A stretch of 64,000 nucleotides of DNA from Octopus sinensis (taxonomy: Eukaryota), in contig NC_043010.1 in the NCBI RefSeq assembly GCF_006345805.1, forward strand, positions 23,808,001 to 23,872,000, written 5' to 3'. Every line of letters starts with the position of its first letter. The first letter of the stretch is position 1. The notes beneath the pieces are model-generated. The model searched no databases. It was not told the DNA's origin and worked only from the letters and a program-made list of their open reading frames with translations. Both the position numbers and the translations under genes were made by a program. This document shows positions 55,059 to 64,000 of the stretch, piece by piece.

Positions 55059-56985
55059 ACATGGCGGAACGCAAAGAGTGTGTTGGTTAGTTATTTTGCA
55101 TGTGAAAATTTGGAAAAAAACTGTTAAAAAATTGTCAAAAATTGAATCGCTTGAGGCGTTTGCCGCTGCGTGTTTGAACCTTTTATAGAAGGTGTGTCGA
55201 CCCTCAAGTCATGGAGACTTACGCGGGGGTCGCCACAATAAAAAGTGACGAGTCTCTTAGAATAAGAGAAGTGTTCTTTAGAAAAGAACAATTGAAGGAA
55301 TACGAGAAGTTCGTCAAAAGGGAGGGTGACAGCGTGAAGCTGGTCCCACCTGTTGAAACAATAGAGGAGAGAAATAACAAGACGATAACGTATAGAACGC
55401 AAGATAGAAACACGAGAAAACTGGTGAGAGTGACGATTGAAGAAATAGAGAAATGTATGGGGGACATCATGAAAAAAGCGACTTTTGTAGACAGAGGAAA
55501 GAAATATGGTACGGTGGAGGTGAGATGCGGAACAAAGGAAGTGGCGGCCTCATTGGCTTCCACTGTCCTGAAAGCCGAAAATTTCACTATGTGGCCGACG
55601 TATAAAGGAAGACGAGGGGTACGGGTAAGAGTCCCAAAGGTGCCCCCAGATATTAAAACAGAAATGCTGGTAACAGCCATTATTGGAGCAGCAAAGGAGG
55701 AAGTAGAAATAGGGTCAATCAAGGAGACGAACGTTGTAAATTGGAAGGGATTCGGAGTAGAGTTGTGGCTGATGGCCACAATGGAAGACATCGAAAGATT
55801 TCCCTTCCAAATAGAAATAGAAAACGAGAAAACAATTAGTGTAATAGTGGAGGGCAGAAAACCGAATTGCTACCTGTGCGGATCAAGAGGGCACATAAAA
55901 AAGGAATGTCCGCTGTATGAATTCACAGCGGAGCAAAAAGAGACACAAAGTGGAGAGAAGGAAAACGAACACGAAGGAAAGAACAGCGAAAACAAGGAAA
56001 AGGAAATAACGGAGAAACAACAAGAGAAGGGAAGTAACAGCGCACTGAAGGAAAATGAAAACAAAGGGAAGAAGATAGTAGAAAAGGAGCAAAATTCACA
56101 GGGTGCAGAAGTAGTGGAGAAGGAGCCAAGGCAGAAGCAAGAGAAAGAAAAGGAAAGTACATTAAAGGAAAGAGAAAAAGCAGGAAAAGAACAAGAGAAG
56201 GAACAGAACCAAGAGAAAGGAAAAGATGGTATGCAAAAAGGAAAAGAAACAACAGGAAAGAACATAAGGCACAGGGTAGAGAGACGGCAGACGAAGAGCC
56301 AAAAAGACAAGAGAAGGAAAAAGAAAGAAGAGAAAGCAAAAAGAGAGAAAGAGAGAAACCGAGGGAGGAGAAAAAAGAGGAAGTAAGTCCTAAGAGAAAA
56401 ACTAGAGAAAACGTAGGTGCGAATAGAAAATTCAAATACTATGGAACGTTGATCCATCACAGGCACTGTGAGGAGATGGAAGATTTAATAAACGTAACAA
56501 ATGGATATACGTGGGTCAGGATGGGCACCGAATGGAAAGAAACAGGTGCACTCGTCCACGAGAACGACGCTGAGGCGTTCATCGAGGCAGCTGGCAGGAA
56601 CGTGACAAAACATATGAAATGCCGACTTACAAGGTGGCCACGAACGATGGAAATTTACCATGATTTGGTAGAGATAATGGAGTATATATAAAAGAAAAGG
56701 TATTGTGAAAACTTTAATTTGGAAATGATAAAAAGAACTTTAAATTCTGGAAAAAAAAAATGTTGAACTTTGTAAAATTTTTGAAATGTATGTTGAAAAT
56801 GTGTAAAATGTTTTTATTTGGAAAATATTGTTGACGAATAAAAAACAAATGACGAAATGTAACCGCTCGATTTCGGGGATCGAGTGGGCATTACACCACA
56901 TTGTACAAACTTCATAATTCATTATTCATTTTTTCCCATTGTATTGTCCCATCTATGTTCGCCCCTTGTGGGTAATAATAAAACA
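55059..56985 (+). mobile_element. Array unit 4 (1927 bp)
   Basis: Same body as units 1-3. Its 3' tail variant is identical to the LINE tail. Confidence 0.9.
55211..56691 (+). CDS. Gag/ORF1-like protein (~493 aa after repairing a 1-nt deletion near 56260): N-terminal domain, CX2CX4HX4C knuckle, E/K-rich low-complexity region, ~85-aa C-terminal domain
   Basis: The 391-aa ORF 55211..56386 joins the 80-aa ORF 56449..56691 when GGAAAG(G)AAC is restored as in units 1-3. Homologous to LINE ORF1 (RGK.YGTVEVR, VEGRKP.C..CG..GH....C). Confidence 0.75.
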
Positions 56986-57211
56986 ACATGGAGGAACGCA
57001 AATCGCGTGTGTAGTGAGTTATTATATTTTTCCTTAGTGTATATTTTCTCCGTTATATTCTACTGTGTGTCTAATTGTCTTTGTTTTTTGTTGTACAACT
57101 GTTGAAGTCAGCCTTCGTGCGAGGGATTCGTGTTGGTGTTCCCCCCTCCGTGGGGGAAAAACTATCATTATTGCGGCTTGTGCCAAGGGCTTGTTAAGCC
57201 AGTTGCTCGAG

Positions 57212-58494
57212 ATGGAATCCCCCATCTCATATTCCCCTGTGACTAGTGAAGCAGAATCACCGGCGGTGTCGCCAATGAAAAAAGATATTGCAGCTCCAGC
57301 GAAAAAATTTTCAGAAGTAGCTGGCAAGAAAATCAAAAGAATAAACGTCGAAGACCTAAAGAAATATGCAGACTGTGTGACAAAAAAGGGCACGGAAGTG
57401 ACAGTGGTCACAAACGCCCCAAAACAGGAAGAAATTGCTAAAAGAATAATAATTTATAAGACCTTTAATGATACAAAAATTTGAGGAAAAAAAAATCGAA
57501 AATTGCTTAAAACCAATAATGGATAAGATCACATACATCAATAGAGGAAAGAGATACGGCACAGTGGAGGTGCGATTCACAACAGAGGAGATAGCTAAAA
57601 AAACTATCTATGGAGCCAATAAAAGCGGAGAACATTGTTCTCCTCCCCCTGTATAGAGGAAAAAGAACATCAAAAATCACCATGAATAATATTCCGCCAG
57701 AAGCGGATGCCGAATGTCTGGTGGCAGCAGTTATGGTAGGCCTGGAGGAAAAAATAAACATCCTCCAGGCCACAGTAGAGGAAGAAGAATTCTGGAAAGG
57801 ACAGCGGATAATAATATCCATCCAGGCAGAAATTCAAACATTGGAGGAGATTCCAGAGACTCTAAAAATAAGCGAAGAAGATAGAGTAATAGTTTTCGTA
57901 GAGGGCAGAAAGCCGAGGTGCTTCGGCTGCGGCAAGAAGGGGCATGTAAGGGCGAAATGCCAACCCCAACCCAAACCGCAGGAAGCAGCTCAGCCAGGTG
58001 GAAAAGAAGAAGTGTCACCAGTAGCAGCGTCGGGCGGCCCAGAAGGGACGGCTGAAGGTGTGGAGGTGACAGAGGCAGCGGAACCAGCGACGGAGGAAAA
58101 AAAGAGCGAGGTAACGAAAAATGAGGAGGGGTGGTCAAAAATTACTAGAAAAAAAAGAAAAACTGAAACCACCCCTCCCATAGTGATCATAAAGAAGAAA
58201 AGAGAGTCGATGAACTTATTTATGGCCGTTAAGGCATCGAACAACAGACTCGGGAATGTGTTGGCAGCTATGGCCAAAGTGGAAAAAATAGGAAAAAAAA
58301 ATGACTATATAGTGTACAGAATAGGCCGGAAGGATTACGGACGGATAAAGTCCGAATTCTTTCATGACGTGGGCCCGCTCAGAATGGATATAACATCTCC
58401 ATATATATTCGAGGGCCTGCGTCAGACTCCCCCACGAGGCCCAGAAAAAGAGACAAACAAAGAAGAAAAAGAAAAAACCGAACCACTGATATAA
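57212..58494 (+). CDS. LINE ORF1 (Gag-like CCHC zinc knuckle), two apparent frameshifts in A-runs (~57478, ~57600)
   Basis: MESPISYSP...KRIIIYKTFND / FEEKKIENCL...RGKRYGTVEVRF / MEPIKAEN...EGRKPRCFGCGKKGHVRAKC. Confidence 0.85.
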
Positions 58495-58502
58495 AGTAAG
58501 TA

Positions 58503-61500
58503 ATGGATTACATTTATGTTGGTTGTTTAAATGTGCGCGGCCTGGGATCAGGCTGGAAGCAAGGTCGCTTCCTGCATGATATCAGGTCGCGTAATTTAGA
58601 TGTTATTGTTGCTACAGAAACCCGGTTAGAGGGGCCAAGAGGTCTACTCCCGCTGTTTGACGGCTACGAGAGTTTTTCTCTCCTGGCAGTCCTACAGGCG
58701 GGGGTGGGGTGTTGGTCCTATTAAAAAGAAACCGGGTTTCTGAGAAAAAGTTAATTTTTGCAGATCCAGAAGGTAGGCTGGTCGTCATGGATTTGACGTT
58801 CAGTAACGGTAAAGTTATCAGACTGGTTGCAATTTACGCACCCAACCATAGAGGGCAAAGTGATTATTTTCGTGAACTGGAAAACTTTCTTGGTACTTCG
58901 CATTCATTAGTTGTGCTAGGAGACTTTAACACAATTTGCAAAGCGGATGTAGATTGTGTTAGCTCGCGTCCAGATAGAAAAGGTAACAGTGGCTTCATGG
59001 AACTGCTAAGCCGCTTTGAGCTAGCAGATCCTTATAGGCTGGAATTTCCGAACGCTCCATTGTGGACATGGTCAAACAGCGACGGATCTTCCAGGTCATA
59101 TTTAGATAGAATACTAATTAGAAAAGTAGACAGAAATATAGCTAAGTGTCCACAGTTTTACCTGGTCAGCTACAGTGATCATAAAATGGTCACCTGTAAG
59201 CTTGACATAGATAAGGTTAAAAATAGAGGATCCGGTTACTGGAAACTTAATACGTCCCTTTTGGCGATTAAGGAGTACAAAGACCGGATTAGGACTATAA
59301 TTCAGAGGGCACTATCTGGTACCATCATTAATAACAAATGGTGGTACGCCCTCAAACGAGCCATCAAATTCGAGTCAATTAGATATAGCATAGGAGTAGT
59401 GGCTAGAGAGGCTAGGAGGGAAACTACTCTAGTTAAGGAATTAGAGGAAGCCTTGACAACTGGCTCCGCGGCTCAGGTGACGTCCAAGAGACTGGTGTTA
59501 AACCAGCACCTCGAGGCCAAACACATGGGCTGCATTGTCAGGGCTAGGATCCGCCATATGGGTTGTGAAGGAATTAACGCCGTGAGATGGGTGGAAGCTC
59601 AGCATGGTAACGATGCCACGATTCGATCTTTGACGAACCAACAAGGTGAGTTGATAAACGAGCCCGAGGAGATGTGCGAGGCCTTTCAGGAGCACTTCGC
59701 TCAGCTTTTCGGTGAGTGCGGCGGACTGGATAGGAGAAGGGCCTTTACGGACATCCTCGACGGGCTGCCGCGCTTATCGGGGCGAGATGCGGAGGGCTGT
59801 GAAGGGCCAATCACGCCTGGGGAGGTGGTTGAGGCGATGGCGGACTGCGGCGCGGGCAAGGCGCCGGATTTAGATGGTCTACCCTATGAGTTATATAAGA
59901 GTATGCCAGACTTGTTCGGGCACCTACCGGCGGAGGTCTATGCGAACTGGCAGCAGAACGGGCTCATACCCAGATCTGTGCGCCGGGGAGTAGTGACACT
60001 CGTCAGAAAGGACCCGAGCAAGGGGGAGTGCATTGATAATTTTAGGCCCATCACTCTGCTAAACACAGAGTTGAAGATTTTGGCCAAAGTGTTATCGAAA
60101 AGATTGGCGCGTGTCGCGGATGGTCTGATCGGGGAGGTACAGACATGTGCCGTTCCGGGCAGAACCATTCAGGATAATCTCCATCTTATGCGGTACACTA
60201 TAGAGGGGTTTAATAGCGATTCTGGCAAGGGTGGGGCACTGGTCCATTTAGACCAATCTAAAGCATTTGATAGGGTCGACCATCGCTACCTGGTATCTGC
60301 CCTGGCACAGTTCGGGCTGAGCCTCGGCTTCCTCAGGTGGATTATCCAAATTTACGACAACATCGACTCGGTAGTTCGGGTGAACGGCTTCTTGTCGAAG
60401 CCGTTCAACATCAAACGCTCGGTTCGTCAAGGGTGTCCGCTCTCCCCGCTTTTGTATGTGATGGCTCTTGAGCCATTACTGCGAAAACTGAGCGGCATCC
60501 CGAGACAGCCAGGTAGTGGAAAATCGGTGTCAGCGTACGCGGATATCACCATCATCGTAACCGAAATGGACCACATACGTAAAGTAGGCAAGGCCATAGA
60601 GGTTTACGAGACGGTGACAGGAGCAAAAGTTAATCGCGAAAAGTCAGTCGGCTTGCAACTCGGCACCTGGAGAGGCAAGTCGATGCCTCCTGACAGCGTC
60701 GTGGGACGTTTGACGGAGGGTCCGATTAAGTTGCTAGGGGTTTGGTTCGGTCCAGACCTCCAAATAGAGAAGAATTGGGGCGAGGTATCGAGCAGGGTGG
60801 CTGCAGTAACCAAGACCTGGTCTTGGCGGTGGCTATCCCTGAAAGGGAGGGCGGAGGTAGCCAATGTGTTTATCGCATCGGTTATCACCTACCGCCTTTC
60901 CGTCGTTCCTTGCCCTGATTCGTGGTTGATCAAGTTGGAAAGACAGCTCTTCTACTTCTTGTGGAAGGGCGGGAAACCACTTGTGAAACGCTCTACTTGC
61001 TGTCAACAACCGTTAAAGGGTGGGCTAGGGATGCCTTGGCTGATGATGCGCAGACATGCGCTGAGGTTAAGACATCTGTGGCTCTACCTGGATGGTGAAC
61101 GGGTGTGGTCTCCGCTAGCAAAACTGATGTTTCCCAAGTTCACTAGTTTCGGTGGATGGGAAACCTGGCTGAATCGTAGATCGAAACTAGGCACATGGTA
61201 CACGGAGTGTCGCAAGGCTCTTCTGCTATTCCGTCGCTCGGGCAACGCCTGCGGTGGGGGTTCCACCACATTCTTCTATAGAGGGTTGGTAGAGGCGGAA
61301 TGTGAAGATACCTTGGGGGAAACCCTAGGTCTCGACGATAATCAGCTGGCCAGTCTGTTCCGACGTACGTTCGAGCCGAAGACACTGGACAACTTCCAGA
61401 AGTCTCTGGCATGGCAATGCTACAGAGGAGCTCTACCTGTTCGGGATAAACTCGCAAGGCACGGTGGCCAAGACAATCCGATATGTCCAAGATGCGAGCG

Positions 61501-61885
61501 GGATAGGGAAACCGTCCCGCACGCTATTGTTCATTGTTCGGACGTGTCTGAGGTGTGGGTTTATGCCGAACAGCTGTTGTCAAGCACACGAAGAGTACAG
61601 CTGTCGACTGAATCGATTACAAAAATTGACCCACCAGATTTCCTCGCGAAAGAAGGTAAGAATTGTTTTCTCGTAGTAGTAGCAATTGCGAAAGAGGTGA
61701 TATGGAAGACGAGAATGAAAGGTTTACAGTCAGGCAAGTTCATCTCCAACCCTGGTTTGATGAATTATTTCATCTTTCACCTGAAAAGGAAGATAGGGCT
61801 GGAGAGAATATGCCTGACTAGGAGAGTGTATGAAGAACGATGGAAAAATGTAGCACGAAAGTTGCGAATGGATGTTACCACATAA
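58503..61885 (+). CDS. LINE ORF2: AP endonuclease, reverse transcriptase and C-terminal CCHC zinc finger; one frameshift near 58680
   Basis: APE motifs LNVRGL, TETR, IYAPN, GDFN, LDRIL, SDHK; GYWKLNTSLL; RT motifs FRPITLLN, LDQSKAFDRV, VRQGCPLSPLLY, YAD(-)I, KGGLG; CPRC-X8-H-X4-C. Confidence 0.95.
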
Positions 61886-62127
61886 ATGTAAAACCGGACG
61901 AAACCAAAGTATCAGTGGGGAGGCGGGGCTCGTGGAGTCCGAGCTAAACCCGCTCCCACTCCATCCGTAATGTCTTCCGGTCTGTGCTCCATTCGATTTT
62001 TTATATTTTGTAATTTTTTGTAAATTTTTAAAATTCGCTTTGTTGTAAAACCCATTCGTGTATCTGACCCCATCATCAGATTGTATTGTCCCATCTATGT
62101 TCGCCCCTTGTGGGTAATAATAAAACA

Positions 62128-62445
62128 ACATGGAGGAAAGCACCTTCGAAAAGTGTCTTTGTGCGACTATGAAAGATATCTAATCAGAGGCGGTAAAGTC
62201 GCCACAATAGAAGCAAGGTTCGAGTCAACGGAGCGTGCAAGGGAGTATTCGACTCGAACTTGCAAAGTGGAATTATATTTTACTTTTCCCTTTATATCTG
62301 GGACGTAGGACGTCCGGAAAAAAATTTTTAATGCATCCCCCACCCCAGAAGTAGAGGTAGGCTGTATTGTAGCCACGCTTCTATACAAGAGGGAGGGCAA
62401 GATACAATTGATCGAAATTACAAGAGACGGGCTAACAATTCCAGT
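62128..62445 (+). pseudogene. Right part of the old degenerate Tx1-type ORF1 (continuation of 49140-49297)
   Basis: MEESTFEKCLCATMKDI / YLIRGGKVATIEARFESTERA / LYLGRRTS / PEVEVGCIVATLL align with IEKCMGDIMKKATFVDRGKKYGTVEVRC..TYKGRR..PPDIKTEMLVTAII. Confidence 0.75.
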
Positions 62446-62799
62446 CTGTTATATATTTTGAGTATTGTTATCACTAGCGATATCAACATATAACTTTGTA
62501 TTTCGTATTTTATGTGTAGATGTATATATATAGAAGTACATGTAATATGTACACATATATATACACATATATACATGCACTAGCACTATGACCCGGCAAG
62601 GCCGGGTCTTTAATGCTAGTATATATATATATATCATCGACCGCATATACTCAATGCTTGTTTTCTTGTTCGTTGGTTCGCTGCGTACATCGCTCTAGAG
62701 ACGACTCCTGCATAACACTGGATGTTAGAATACCTGAAAGTCATATGCAAGTGAGACACCATGCTTCCAGTCCCATCCAAGGGTGGTGGATACCGACAT

Positions 62800-62925
62800 T
62801 TCGCTGCTTTCAGTTTTCGTCCACTTACAAGACTTTGGTCGACCCGGTGATGTTATAGAAGACCAGCTGTGGGACTGAACCGGAAACCATGTAGCTGGCA
62901 AGCAAACTTTTTTACCACACAGCTA
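62800..62925 (-). mobile_element. Family C SINE head fragment
   Basis: GTGGGACTGAACCGGAAACCATGT..GCAAGCAAAC..ACCACACAGC as in 25585-25640. Confidence 0.65.
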
Positions 62926-62976
62926 CGTCTATACATTTACATACACGCTCATATTTAAGTTGAGGCACACACACTC

Positions 62977-63057
<81 letters not shown>

Positions 63058-63661
63058 GTGTGTGTTGTGCATATATGCAGGTATTTATACATATATATAT
63101 GACACGTTATCTCGTTTGGAATTTCTGTATCGATAATTTTTACGTAAACTAAACACTAGACGCAGAAATCCACAGGTTAAACAAACAGCAATTCATGAAC
63201 GGGTATTTTGAAAAACTATTGGACAAAGAGTCATGGAACAACACAAGTAGAATAACAACAACAGCAACAACGAAATAAAAGGAAATAAAACTAAAATTCG
63301 ACAGACACCAAACCTATTAAATATGCACAAATCATACGCCAAGTGAATGATATAAATCAAATGAACACCAACCGCAGAATAGGTGAGCACATGATCAGAA
63401 ACCCACGTAAACCAAGAAAGAAAACGTGTTACAACAAACTATATATTAACGTGAGTAATATACTATTAAAACAACTGAAATTAAAAACTTTCTGAAGAAT
63501 AATAAATCAGAAATTTGTAAACCCAGGAGCCGGTGACTAACGACCAATGTGGTTTATAGATTTCTATTGTAAACGTGTAGGTTGTAAATTTCATGACTAT
63601 GGCTGCTATTCTGGCAGTAAATTCAGTTGCATACTGTGGGGTTGCAGAGTAGAGGAAACGA

Positions 63662-64000
63662 GGCGGCGAGCTGGTAGAAACGTTAGCACGCCGGACGAAA
63701 TGCTTAGCGGCATTTCGTCTGCCGTTACGTTCTTAGTTCAAATTCTGCCGAGGTCGATTTTGCCTTTCATCCTTTCGGGGCCGATTAAAGAAGTACCAGT
63801 TACGCACTAGGGTCGATATAATCGACTTAATCCGTTTGTCTGTCCTTGTTCGTCCTCTCTATGTTTAGCCCCGTGTGGGTAGTGAAGAAATAGGTATTTC
63901 GTCTGCCGTTACGTTATGAGTTCAAATTCCTCCGAGGTCAACTTTGCCTTTCATCCTTTTGGGGTTGATAAATTAAGTACCAGTTACGCACTGGGGTCGA
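63662..64000 (+). mobile_element. Family A SINE plus tandem partial copy (runs off the window)
   Basis: Same head, central domain and Tx1-like tail as 3659-3892 and 18855-19262. Confidence 0.88.

Larger units (their letters stand above)
56986..62127 (+). mobile_element. Full-length Tx1/L1-group non-LTR retrotransposon (5142 bp)
   Basis: 5' UTR, knuckle ORF1, APE-RT-zinc finger ORF2, structured 3' UTR, tail shared with the units. Confidence 0.93.
48670..62619 (+). mobile_element. Non-autonomous Helitron-type element enclosing the retroelement array (~1.1 kb once the array is removed)
   Basis: 5' A|TCTTTATATATATAAAACTGAG then (TCTG)n. 3' 8-bp GC hairpin GACCCGGC-AAG-GCCGGGTC (62590-62608), then CTAG|T at 62616-62620. 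Pairing of the two ends is inferred. Confidence 0.6.

Noticed and set aside
50102-56466. Minus-strand S/F/L-rich ORFs in each array unit
   Set aside because: Antisense shadows of the purine-rich E/K-coding strand.
49298-56985. Array read as LTRs, a CRISPR array or a host tandem gene family
   Set aside because: No TG..CA ends, PBS or spacers. The protein is a LINE ORF1 homolog and the tail is shared with the adjacent LINE.
49298-62127. Literal telomeric retrotransposon array
   Set aside because: The array is internal, flanked on both sides by a joinable target, and no TTAGGG arrays are seen. HeT-A is only an analogy.

Overview
Very AT-rich, microsatellite-saturated eukaryotic DNA with no recognisable host gene. 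The repeat content resembles a cephalopod/Octopus-type genome (inference). Almost all ORFs called before 49 kb are microsatellite artefacts. The first 48 kb holds a 5'-truncated Penelope-like element (GIY-YIG domain, inverted terminal repeat, minimal hammerhead ribozymes), many tRNA-derived SINEs, fragments of Tx1-, RTE-, CR1-like and R4/Dong LINEs, MITE/foldback elements and a solo LTR. The main feature is a 12.8-kb head-to-tail retroelement train at 49298-62127. It consists of four ~1.92-kb units encoding only a Gag/ORF1-like zinc-knuckle protein, followed by a full-length Tx1/L1-group LINE (ORF1 plus APE-RT-zinc finger ORF2). All five members share one 3' tail and join at the motif ACATGG(C/A)GGAA(C/A)GCA. 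The train interrupts a degenerate ORF1 of a third, related family at that same motif, and everything lies between Helitron-type termini (48670-62619). The same 3' tail is also carried by the commonest SINE family in the window.
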